Shown here piece by piece: positions 11,512 to 20,399 of a DNA stretch of 63,847 nt. The stretch is from Candidatus Methanophagales archaeon (lineage in GTDB: Archaea > Halobacteriota > Syntropharchaeia > Alkanophagales > Methanospirareceae). The position numbers were made by a program, and so were the translations under genes. The stretch covers positions 1 to 63,847 of the forward strand of contig QENH01000199.1 of the NCBI GenBank assembly GCA_003336485.1, given 5' to 3'. The notes under the pieces are model-generated. The model was not told where the DNA came from, searched no databases, and saw only the letters and a program-made list of their open reading frames with translations. The first letter of the stretch is position 1; each line of letters starts with the position of its first letter.

Positions 11512-11594
11512 GCGGAGGTTACCGAGTGGCCAAAGGAGGCAGACTCAAGATCTGCTCCCGTAGGGGTTCGCAGGTTCGAATCCTGCCCTCCGCA
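11512..11594 (+). tRNA. tRNA-Leu (anticodon CAA)
   Basis: Hand-folded. Acceptor GCGGAGG/CCTCCGC plus discriminator A. Anticodon stem GCAGA/TCTGC with loop CTCAAGA. Long variable arm (CCC-GTA-GGG). T arm GCAGG-TTCGAAT-CCTGC. No encoded CCA. Confidence 0.9.
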
Positions 11595-11611
11595 TGCAGA
11601 AGCAAGCAAAA

Positions 11612-12187
11612 ATGCCAACGGAAGAAGAGGGGGAAGTGGGATTAAAACTCGCAAGAGCTGCGATAGAGGGACAGTTGAGGGAGAACAGCAGAATACAAGC
11701 GCCAGATAACTTACCTGTTAGTTTTGAAGAGAATCGAGGTGTTTTTGTCACCTTGAATAAATATAATAATCTAAGAGGCTGTATAGGCTACCCCTATCCC
11801 GTATTTAAGTTAAAAGATGCGATTATCGATGCTGCGATATCGGCAGCGCTCAACGATCCCCGATTCCCTCCGGTTGCAGTGGACGAGTTTGAGGATGTGA
11901 CGATAGAACTCACGATACTCACTACGCCGCAGGTGTTAAATGCGGAGCCCGAGAAATTGCTAGAACAAATAGAGATAGGAAGACATGGCTTGATTGTAAA
12001 ACGAGGTATATATCAAGGGCTTTTACTGCCTCAAGTAGCTACAGAGAATAACTGGTCTGTGGAGGAGTTTTTATGTCAAACGTGCTGGAAAGCAGGCTTA
12101 GCACAGGATGCGTGGTTACTGAAGGATACGGAGGTCAGCACATTTGAGGGACAGATATTCAAGGAGAAAAATGATAAAGATAGATAG
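11612..12187 (+). CDS. AMMECR1-domain protein
   Basis: GVFVTLNKYNNLRGCIGYPYPVFKLKDAIIDAAISAALNDPRFPPV. The track ORF starts at 11594 inside the tRNA, so the second ATG (11612) is preferred. Confidence 0.85.
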   Translation: MPTEEEGEVGLKLARAAIEGQLRENSRIQAPDNLPVSFEENRGVFVTLNKYNNLRGCIGYPYPVFKLKDAIIDAAISAALNDPRFPPVAVDEFEDVTIELTILTTPQVLNAEPEKLLEQIEIGRHGLIVKRGIYQGLLLPQVATENNWSVEEFLCQTCWKAGLAQDAWLLKDTEVSTFEGQIFKEKNDKDR

Positions 12188-12356
12188 ATACAGATGTGGG
12201 TATTGTGGTGCGTGTGTCACTGTATGTCCCACAGGGGCAATAGATTTGATGGGTTTATGGCTAGAGATAAATGCTGAAGAATGCAACAACTGTAAAGCTT
12301 GTGTTAATCTCTGCCCGGTAGGTGCATTGGAGCTGGAACAGAGGTCAGATATTTAG
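12171..12356 (+). CDS. 2x[4Fe-4S] ferredoxin
   Basis: CGYCGACVTVCP and CNNCKACVNLCP motifs. ATG at 12171 is preceded by AGGAG. It overlaps the AMMECR1 stop. Confidence 0.8.
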   Translation: MIKIDRYRCGYCGACVTVCPTGAIDLMGLWLEINAEECNNCKACVNLCPVGALELEQRSDI

Positions 12357-12402
12357 CGCAGAAATCGCTATCTATAGTGGATGAAGAGGGCACCGATGAA
12401 AC

Positions 12403-12780
12403 ATGAGACCACTAATATTAATTGTGGATGATGAAGAAGACACACGTGACGTTTTGATGCAGATAGTGGAGAAGGAAGGTTATGATAGTTCTTGTGCTCA
12501 TAATGGTACAGCGGCATTAAAGGAATTGGAAGAAGCCAGAAAACACCCTGATTTGATCCTGCTGGACATAATGATGCCGGGCGTAACAGCAAAAGAGGTC
12601 GTTGAATTGATATCAACGACTGAGCGATACTCAAAGATAAAAATAATTTACGTGTCTGCGGTTAATGTTCCAGAAGCGGAAGAAAAAGAGCTTTTGAAGC
12701 AAAAACAGGTCGTTGGACTCATTCCGAAGCCATTTGATCTTCGGGAGCTGGTTAAAGCGATAAAAAAGGCGATTGGCTAG
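12403..12780 (+). CDS. CheY-like response-regulator receiver domain protein
   Basis: ILIVDDEEDTRDVL...DLILLDIMMPG...IPKPF; single-domain, 125 aa. Confidence 0.85.
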   Translation: MRPLILIVDDEEDTRDVLMQIVEKEGYDSSCAHNGTAALKELEEARKHPDLILLDIMMPGVTAKEVVELISTTERYSKIKIIYVSAVNVPEAEEKELLKQKQVVGLIPKPFDLRELVKAIKKAIG

Positions 12781-12853
12781 CTACGCTATGATTTATAAGT
12801 CCAGAAGATATTAAGTATTTACGGTAAATGACTGGGAGAATGTAGAAGCAGGT

Positions 12854-14158
12854 ATGAGCGATAATGATGCTACGGGTGCTATTACAGATGATCTAATCAT
12901 AGTGGGCACAGGACACATATTAGAAAAGAGCGTTAAGGAAGTAGAGGCGGTAATAGATCGAGAAAATCCGGACGTAGTCGCTGTTGAGCTATGTGAGGCA
13001 CGCTACAAATCATTGAAAGGCGAAGTCGAGAATTTTTCTGTTAAGGATACGTTAAGCACAAGCAGTCCGTTTTTAATACTCACTCATTGGCTGCTTGCAT
13101 ATGTGCAGAGGAAAATGGGCGATGAGTTAGGAATTGAGCCCGGTGCAGATATGATGGCGGCAATAGGGAAAGCCGAGGAGAAAGGTTGTAAGATCGCGTT
13201 AATTGACAGACCGATACAGATAACGATGCAGCGATTTTGGAAGAAGATGAAGTTTTTTGAGAAGTTAAAAATGGTTTTTTCTATGCTATTTGCAATCACA
13301 AATATAAGAGGCGGGGGGAAAGGTGGAGATGATAAGGACGGTGTCACAAAGCTACAAATTGGTGGTATGAGTGTGGGTGACGGTATAGATCTGGATAGAA
13401 TAACTGATGAAGACGTGGTAACGCAATTGATGGAAGAACTGAGAGAGTTTTCGCCGGGCGCTGCAACCGCACTATTAGACGAACGGGATGCGTATATCGC
13501 GGGAAGTCTCTTGGAACTCCAACATCATAGCTCGACTGACAATTTAGAGCAGAGGAAAACCGTTGCAGTAGTAGGTGCAGGACATGTAGCAGGAATAAAG
13601 AATCTTCTACGCCATCCTGAGTTAATACCGCCAAAGGAGGAGTTATGCACGCTTCCTAATAAGAAGCGGTTTGGCATAAAGCATTTGTTGGGACTAGGGA
13701 TAGGTGTAGCGCTAGTGGTTGTCTTTATAGCGGCTTTTTACTCCGGTATTTCCTGGGATGTTCTTCTTAGTGCGTTTCTTTATTGGGTAGTGATAAATGG
13801 CGTTTTCTCTGCGATAGGTGTGGTGATAGCAAGAGGACATCCGCTCTCGGTACTCACCGCATTTTCCGTTGCCTGGCTTACTTCTTTGAACCCGTTTTTA
13901 GCTGCTGGTTGGTTTGCCGGATTGGTAGAGGCTTATATAAGGAAGCCGACAGCAGAAGACATAAAAGGTATGATGAATGCGAACTCATTACGAGAATTGG
14001 CGAATAACAAGCTGTTTAAAGTCATTCTTGTAGCGGCACTGGCAAATCTGGGTAGCATAGTAGGCACGTTTGTTGGCGCTTATGTCGTCTGGCGGGAGCT
14101 GGGAATAAGTATGGAGGATGTATGGACAGGCCTGAAAAGCGCTATTTTTGGGCAGTAG
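12854..14158 (+). CDS. TraB/PrgY/GumN-family protein with C-terminal membrane domain
   Basis: IIVGTGHILEKSVKEVEAVIDRENPDVVAVELCEARY...VAVVGAGHVAGI, followed by about 4 hydrophobic helices. Confidence 0.8.
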   Translation: MSDNDATGAITDDLIIVGTGHILEKSVKEVEAVIDRENPDVVAVELCEARYKSLKGEVENFSVKDTLSTSSPFLILTHWLLAYVQRKMGDELGIEPGADMMAAIGKAEEKGCKIALIDRPIQITMQRFWKKMKFFEKLKMVFSMLFAITNIRGGGKGGDDKDGVTKLQIGGMSVGDGIDLDRITDEDVVTQLMEELREFSPGAATALLDERDAYIAGSLLELQHHSSTDNLEQRKTVAVVGAGHVAGIKNLLRHPELIPPKEELCTLPNKKRFGIKHLLGLGIGVALVVVFIAAFYSGISWDVLLSAFLYWVVINGVFSAIGVVIARGHPLSVLTAFSVAWLTSLNPFLAAGWFAGLVEAYIRKPTAEDIKGMMNANSLRELANNKLFKVILVAALANLGSIVGTFVGAYVVWRELGISMEDVWTGLKSAIFGQ

Positions 14159-14176
14159 AGAATAGTAGAGCGAAAA

Positions 14177-14476
14177 ATGACAGAAAAAAGGGTTATCTGG
14201 CCTGCGTATTTAGCTGCGGGTAGGACGAGAAAGGAAGGTCGAAAGGTATCGCGAAAAAATGCGGTCAAATCACCAAAAGTGGAAGAGATAGAAACGGTTG
14301 CGAGATTGCTCAAGTTGGAGCCTGAGGTGGAGACAGAGAAAGCATATCCGAAGACGCAATGGGAGAAGAGTGGCCGCGTATTAGTGTCTAAAGGCGGCCA
14401 AAAAGGTACGATTATGGCGGATATTGCAATTGGCATAAGGGAGATGCGCGAGAAGACAAAGGCCGCAAAGCGCTAA
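14177..14476 (+). CDS. srp19: signal recognition particle protein SRP19
   Basis: VIWPAYLAAGRTRKEGRKVSRKNAVKSPKVEEIE...EKAYPK. Confidence 0.9.
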   Translation: MTEKRVIWPAYLAAGRTRKEGRKVSRKNAVKSPKVEEIETVARLLKLEPEVETEKAYPKTQWEKSGRVLVSKGGQKGTIMADIAIGIREMREKTKAAKR

Positions 14477-14477
14477 A

Positions 14478-15137
14478 ATGTTTGATCTGCATACACATTC
14501 TATATTCAGCGATGGCGAGTTAATACCCAGTGAACTGATAAGAAGGGCGGTATTTAACGGCTACGATGCAATTGCAATAACAGACCACGTGGATTTCACT
14601 AACGTGGAGTACGTGCTGGGCGGATTAAAGAAGCTGGAATATGTGTCGAAGCTAGAAATAGTAATAGGCGTTGAGATAACTCATGTGCCGCCCGCGAAGA
14701 TAGAGAAGCTGGTAAATATCGCAAAAGGTCTGGGCGCGGAACTGATAGTTGTGCATGGTGAGACGTTAGTAGAGCCCGTTGAAAGTGGCACGAACCGGGC
14801 AGCAGTGAGCAATCCTGAAGTGGATATACTTGCGCATCCGGGACTTATCAGTGCAGAGGAAGTGGAAATGGCAAAGGATAAGGGGGTTTATCTTGAGATC
14901 AGCTCAAGGCGGGGGCATTGTCTTGCAAATGGGCATGTTGCAAGCATATCACAAGCGGTAGGCGCGAAACTAGTGCTCAATTCTGATTTGCATTCGCCCG
15001 ATGATTTCCTTACAGAAGATCTGGGTGCTAAAATCCTTGCTGGTGCCGGATTAGATCATGAGGAGGTTAAACGAGTGCTGCATGAGAATCCACGTGAATT
15101 GGTGGGGCGGATAGAACATGTGCATGGCACAGTCTAA
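14478..15137 (+). CDS. PHP-family metal-dependent phosphoesterase
   Basis: MFDLHTHSIFSDGEL...AITDHVDF...VVHGE...LAHP...LNSDLHSP: His/Asp metal ligands of the PHP fold. Confidence 0.75.
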   Translation: MFDLHTHSIFSDGELIPSELIRRAVFNGYDAIAITDHVDFTNVEYVLGGLKKLEYVSKLEIVIGVEITHVPPAKIEKLVNIAKGLGAELIVVHGETLVEPVESGTNRAAVSNPEVDILAHPGLISAEEVEMAKDKGVYLEISSRRGHCLANGHVASISQAVGAKLVLNSDLHSPDDFLTEDLGAKILAGAGLDHEEVKRVLHENPRELVGRIEHVHGTV

Positions 15138-15381
15138 ATGACCAGCCTGCTGTTGACAAGAAGTTGCATCGCAAATTGCCCTCGCTCGCTCGCTCGCTTG
15201 CTTGCGTGGTGAGTTTTAAATTCGTAGATTGTTTATATGTGATTGTGCGTAAAAATGAGCTAAACAAAAAACAGGAGTTTCTGTGGAAGCAAAATAGTTC
15301 TAAGACTGCACAATAGTGATCAAAGATTTAGATGAACTGTTAGAAAACGCGTACACAAACGGCTATGCCACTTCGCAAACA

Positions 15382-15412
15382 TGCAAGACGCTATATATAC
15401 GGCATTGCGAAA
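15382..15412 (+). repeat. left copy of an imperfect ~30-nt direct repeat flanking the HNH segment
   Basis: tgcaagacgctata(tata)cggcattgcgaaa versus tgcaagacgctata----cgtcattgcagaaa at 16764-16791; 14 nt are exact. Confidence 0.6.
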
Positions 15413-15541
15413 ACACACGGGTCTTTTATATACGCCCTCCTATCTAAAAGTCAAGAGGTAAAATAGGAGTGAGAAGTTTCAGTTAAATGAGTATATGCGA
15501 ACTGTGTTTGGATATAACACCAAATCGGAGGGATATGCGAA

Positions 15542-16317
15542 GTGAGTTCGGATATACCGAAGTTATGCGACATTGCTATTGACGTAACGGAGAGAAATGT
15601 AAAATGGCAGGGGAAAAAGCTCGGTCAACTATCCCGGAACCTATCAAAAGATTGGTACGGCAAAAAGCAGGTTTTGGATGATGCAAGTGTGGTAATCCAA
15701 TCATTGAGTATCATCATATTGTGCGTAGCTCGGAAGACCCTCAGGACATAATGATCCTTTGCCCAATTAGTCATCATGAAGCGACCGTTGAAGCTATGAC
15801 TGAAGACGAGCAACGATTTTATAAGTTACATCCTTTTAACATCGAGAGAAAATATGGCCAAGGCAAGCTAAAAATAAACCAGAAACTCAAATTATATGAC
15901 CATAATGACCAATTGCTCGCTCACATTGAAGATAATGAGTGGATTTCGGGAGATCCTATGCCTTGGGATCTTGAATCAAGCTTCCAGTGGCTCAAGATTT
16001 GCCACAGGCTTAGAAATATCGCACTCGAAATAGATGCAAGGACGTCTCCTATAGAAATCCGTGCTGATTTATGGCAAAAGAGTCAAAATTTTCAACTTAA
16101 TCCCCATCGGATTTTATTTAATGGGATAGTGCAAAATGTCGGATTCATAAATTTATGTTTCGTAGCCATACGACTTGTTGCAGACACGCCATCAAAACTG
16201 TTCTATTTAGAGTCTGATCCTCGTTTTGGTAAAGTCGTAATAGTTTCTTTGCCTGATCTTCAAGAAAGAATCAAAAAAGGCTTAAAAGCTTGGCAACAAC
16301 TTAAAGAGGAATCCTAA
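15542..16317 (+). pseudogene. HNH-motif endonuclease-like protein with unknown C-terminal domain, apparently frameshifted
   Basis: The frame of ORF 15721..16317 extends upstream to CKCGNPIIEYHHIVRSSEDPQDIMILCPISHHEAT (HNH-like CxxC...HH...H) and then hits TGA at 15679. The upstream ORF 15542..15751 lies in another frame. No in-frame ATG covers the motif. Confidence 0.45.
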
Positions 16318-16763
16318 TGGCAACGTCACCTAACCGAGCGTATCTGGCTACGGTGCTACGCTATGCTCCGCTTAAATTCCCATTTGGGGAACTTCTGATA
16401 CGCTCATGACGTTATATGATCGCGATAATATCAAATTAAAAAGGATTGTGATAAGGTATGCATTTGGAAGAACTTGTTGTGGTGATCAACGGTCCTTATC
16501 TTATTCCTTTCTCAAACATAGTGATCCAGAGGACTTACGAAACGGGAAAAGCTTGCGAACTTGGAATGGCCTTTGGAGAGGCGAAAATATTACTAATTTC
16601 TTGGACCGGTACAATGAGTTGTCCCAAAAATCAAACCATTACAAACAAGCAATCAAGCTTTTAGTTTATCAAACGTTAATGAAGAAAAGTACCTGCAAGT
16701 ACTTTTGGAATAGAACCCCCTTTTGAAGTTCCTGATATTGTTTTTATGGCTTTGGAACTTATT

Positions 16764-16791
16764 TGCAAGACGCTATACGTCATTGCAGAAA
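16764..16791 (+). repeat. right copy of the direct repeat flanking the HNH segment
   Basis: See 15382-15412. Confidence 0.6.
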
Positions 16792-17161
16792 TCGGTACCA
16801 TCCCAATTTTGGGATCGCGCTAAAAACCGGAAAGTTTTTAAACGCATATGTAGAAGCATATATATATATTTAAGATCTGAAAGGGGAAGGTGAAAACAGT
16901 AAAAAAACAGAAAAGGGGAACTTATACTATGCGCGTGGTTCGGAACTCTGCGTCACTTCGCTCTGTTCCGCCTCGTCTTTAAGTTGGCCATATAACCGGC
17001 GGGTATGCGGTTCGCACTTTCGGAGTTCACCAAAATTGCTTTCAGTACATTCCACCTTCCGCCGAGTTATGAGCGGGAACAAGCAACCCTCGCCAAAGCA
17101 TGCACCTGCATACGGACATGCCTATACATCGGCATAGATTTCTTGGTAAAACTTATAAAAC

Positions 17162-17383
17162 GTGCTAAACTACGTTGTATTGGTGACAGCAATGATCGGA
17201 AAGATACTGAAAATAGTGCTGATAGGAATAGCGGTAGTATTGGGTGTAGCTGTGGTTTTGTTTATGTATGATGACCATATCATGGGTTTCTACCTCATAT
17301 TCGGTGTGGTAGGAGTAGGATTATTTCTGGTAGCGATGCAGATATTGTCGCTAATACAAAAGGAGGGGCGGCAAGATGATTGA
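17162..17383 (+). CDS. small two-helix membrane protein, translationally coupled to the following transporter subunit
   Basis: GTG start, two hydrophobic helices, 8-nt overlap with 17376..19262. Confidence 0.45.
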   Translation: MLNYVVLVTAMIGKILKIVLIGIAVVLGVAVVLFMYDDHIMGFYLIFGVVGVGLFLVAMQILSLIQKEGRQDD

Positions 17384-19262
17384 TATGAGTAGTATTGCAA
17401 ATATACCCCCTTTTATCTTTTATTTCATCGGTGCTGCGTTATTACCTCTGTTCGGTAAGGGCGGTGCGAGGAAGGTTTATCTTATCCTCTTAGCGGTGGT
17501 GGGGTTAATAGGTGTGGCAGTATTAGAACCACACGTAGGTTGGGTATTCCCTGTTCTACCCGGATTAGATCTGACATTCTTATATGTTGACCGATTGAGC
17601 CTGATAATGGGCTATATATTTGCCATAATTGGCGCTGCTGCGATATTATACTCGTTAGACATAGTAAAAGAGAATGGCGAGCTTATGTGTGGCTTATTAT
17701 ATTTAGGAAGTGCGATGGGCGCGGTATTTGCCGGCGATTTCTTCACGCTCTATATCTTCTGGGAGATAATGGCGTTCGCTTCGCTCGGGTTGATCTGGTA
17801 CACTCGGACAGAGCGGGCAACGAACGCAGGGATGCGATATATACTATTTCATTTGTTCGGTGGATGTGCCCTTCTCGCAGGGATAATAATAAATTATATG
17901 GGCACAGGCGCTATCTCGCTAGTACCAGGAGCTTTGGGTATAGGCCATTTCCCTGTAGAAATGGGCATAGGGTATTTCCTCCTTCTTATTGGAATAGGTG
18001 TGAACACGGCATTTATATTTCTGCATACCTGGCTACCGGATTCATATCCTAAAGCGACACTCGCGGGTGCAGTATTCATGTGTGTATTCACGACAAAAAC
18101 AGGCGTATATGTACTTGCAAGGACTTTCCCGGGTGCGGAAATTTCGCTATTCTTCGGTGATGGGATCCCGTTTATAGCATACTTGGGCGGCTTGATGTGT
18201 GTATACGGAGTTGTATTTGCACTGCTGCAGAACGACGTGCGGAAACTTCTCTCTTATCATATCATATCTCAGGTGGGCTACATGGTGGCGGGAGTGGGAA
18301 TAGGTACGTATATAGGAATAAACGGCGGTATTGCCCATGTTTTCAACCATATCTTGTATAAGGCGCTTCTATTTATGTGTATGGGTGCAGTGATATATTC
18401 AACGGGGCGGATGAACCTCACCGAACTAGGTGGACTGGCGAGGAAGATGCCAGTAACGACGATAACGTGCATAATAGCAGCACTCTCTATTTCGGGTGTT
18501 GTAGGGTTTAATGGCTACGTAAGTAAAGGGATGATAATACACGCTGCGGAACTGTCACATATGCATATTCTCGCACTCATCTTGATGTTGGGCTCGATAG
18601 GTACGTTCCTGTCGTTCTTAAAACTCACTTATTTCACCTTTTTCAAGAGAAATGATGAGATAGAAGCAAAGGAAGCGCCAATATTTATGCTTATTCCAAT
18701 GTGCGCTGTAGCGTTCCTTTGTGTTGCCTTTGGTGTGTATCCGAAGATGCTGTATGAGATTCTACCGTATAAAGAAGTGGCATTACACTACGATGCGTTC
18801 GCTCTTGCACATACAGTAGGCACGCTGGAGTTATTGGTGATGACCGCGTTTATGTTCTTTGCATTTAGGGTCCTGATTATGCCACATGAGCGGATAACGT
18901 ACGATATAGATTGCCTCTATAGGCGGGTAGGACGAGGTATTATATGGTTCTGCGAGAAACCGCTGACGGCTTTTGCGAATGCTATGGACAGAGGAGTACA
19001 TAAGCTCACCGATTCCGCTGTTTGGTTCAGTAGGAATCCCACAGCGGCTTCTATTGTGTTGATAACAGCGACATGCACGAAGTTGCGGAACCCGTTTGGT
19101 TCTGAGGATATAGGGCAAGAGCGGGATCAGAAAGAAGAGAAGCCGCAACTTGTGGACGAGCCGATGGAGAAATTAAGCATAGGGTCAGGAGTGATGATAG
19201 TGCTTCTCTTCTTCGCTGTTTATTTGATCGTCATGTTCTTACATGGGTGGCTGGCACCATGA
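17376..19262 (+). CDS. proton-conducting membrane transporter subunit (NuoL/M/N - MrpA/D family), stand-alone
   Basis: 628 aa polytopic protein. FFTLYIFWEIMAFAS...LLLIGIGVNTAFIFLHTWLPDSYPKATLAGAVF...SYHIISQVGYM are hallmark antiporter-like subunit motifs. Confidence 0.75.
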   Translation: MIDMSSIANIPPFIFYFIGAALLPLFGKGGARKVYLILLAVVGLIGVAVLEPHVGWVFPVLPGLDLTFLYVDRLSLIMGYIFAIIGAAAILYSLDIVKENGELMCGLLYLGSAMGAVFAGDFFTLYIFWEIMAFASLGLIWYTRTERATNAGMRYILFHLFGGCALLAGIIINYMGTGAISLVPGALGIGHFPVEMGIGYFLLLIGIGVNTAFIFLHTWLPDSYPKATLAGAVFMCVFTTKTGVYVLARTFPGAEISLFFGDGIPFIAYLGGLMCVYGVVFALLQNDVRKLLSYHIISQVGYMVAGVGIGTYIGINGGIAHVFNHILYKALLFMCMGAVIYSTGRMNLTELGGLARKMPVTTITCIIAALSISGVVGFNGYVSKGMIIHAAELSHMHILALILMLGSIGTFLSFLKLTYFTFFKRNDEIEAKEAPIFMLIPMCAVAFLCVAFGVYPKMLYEILPYKEVALHYDAFALAHTVGTLELLVMTAFMFFAFRVLIMPHERITYDIDCLYRRVGRGIIWFCEKPLTAFANAMDRGVHKLTDSAVWFSRNPTAASIVLITATCTKLRNPFGSEDIGQERDQKEEKPQLVDEPMEKLSIGSGVMIVLLFFAVYLIVMFLHGWLAP

Positions 19263-19595
19263 AACCATAAGATTACACGGATTTTCACGAGAAAACAATA
19301 GAGGGAACCCGGTTGTAAAAAGAAGCATTTGTAGGGCTGTTAGGACGCAAGATGCCGGATGCATGAATGGGACATATATACTATAGGGAAATACCACAGC
19401 GTTAATGCAATTCCAGATTTCTTTTCGCCCTAACGAGATATTTCGTTTTGTATCGGCAGATTCACATACGCCTGAAATAGTATTAACCCACTCATGTATC
19501 TTGCATCTTATATCCTGCATCTTCATTGTAGCTATAAAAAAGCAATAAGAAATTTTATTTTATATGCATGTATGGATTCTTAAATGTGAGATAAA

Positions 19596-20357
19596 ATGCA
19601 ACTCTTCAAGTCAAGATATGGTATTATGCCTGCTTGTGATGTGAAAGATATAGGCGAGTTAGAGCGGATAGTAGAAGAGACAAGCGACATAGATGGTGTA
19701 GTGGGTTATAAAGTAGGGGCTATATTAGCATTGAAGTATGGATTACCCCATATATGTGAAACGATTTCATCATATACTGATCTTCCGATAATCTACGATC
19801 ATCAGAAATTAGGGTCAGACATCCCCGAAATATGTGGTGGTGACATATTAGCGGTTTGTAAGGCGGCGGGGGTAAGTTCGATCATAATATTCCCGCAAGC
19901 GGGACCGGAAACGTTAAAAGCAGCCGTTATTGGTGTAGGGACCGAAAAGCTAAAGGACACGGTCAAGGGCTGCTTTAAGTTCGGCTTAACGCCGATAGTT
20001 GGTGGTGAGATGACACACAGCAAATATCTACGAAGTGAAGGCGGTTATATCGCTGATGATGCACCAAAGCGGATGTATATGGACGCAACAAAGTTGGGGG
20101 TTGAGCATTTCGTAATTCCCGGGACCAAAATAGAAAAGATGAGGGCGTACTGTAGATTATTAGAACAGGAACTAGAAGAGCCGAATTTCCTCTTCCCTGG
20201 AATAGGTAAAGAACATCAAGGTGGCGATATAGTAGCGGCATTTGAGACGGTAAAGCATTTTCCGAGCTATGCGATCGTAGGCAGGGCGATATACGCTGCA
20301 AAAGATATCAAAGAAGCCACAAAGCGGTTATGTGAAGTAACCCAAAATTTTTTGTGA
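19596..20357 (+). CDS. orotidine-5-phosphate-decarboxylase (OMPDC/HUMPS) family protein
   Basis: IIYDHQKLGSDIPE (D-x-K..DIP-like), GGEMTHS, FPGIGKEHQGGD, IVGRAIYAAKD parallel the OMPDC active-site segments. It has an extra insert (GVGTEKLKDTVKGCFKFG). Confidence 0.55.
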   Translation: MQLFKSRYGIMPACDVKDIGELERIVEETSDIDGVVGYKVGAILALKYGLPHICETISSYTDLPIIYDHQKLGSDIPEICGGDILAVCKAAGVSSIIIFPQAGPETLKAAVIGVGTEKLKDTVKGCFKFGLTPIVGGEMTHSKYLRSEGGYIADDAPKRMYMDATKLGVEHFVIPGTKIEKMRAYCRLLEQELEEPNFLFPGIGKEHQGGDIVAAFETVKHFPSYAIVGRAIYAAKDIKEATKRLCEVTQNFL

Positions 20358-20399
20358 ACTATAAAGCTCATAAGGCGACATATTATATGATATACGAAA

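Noticed and set aside
11079-11654. 191-aa minus-strand ORF
   Set aside because: It is antisense to rpl14, the tRNA-Leu gene and the AMMECR1 start, so it cannot coexist with these well-supported features.
15181-15206. (CTCG)n/(CTTG)n microsatellite after the PHP gene, and (TTGA)4 at about 3990-4010
   Set aside because: These are very short simple repeats in intergenic DNA with no evidence of function.
16406-16726. Overlapping ORFs 16406..16726 and 16458..16664 downstream of the HNH gene
   Set aside because: They are two mutually exclusive frames with no motif or convincing start or RBS. They are left unannotated and mentioned only as part of the repeat-flanked segment.
19239-19526. 95-aa minus-strand ORF between the MrpD-like and OMPDC-like genes
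   Set aside because: It overlaps the end of the MrpD-like gene and has no motifs or RBS. It is probably non-coding promoter region for 19596.
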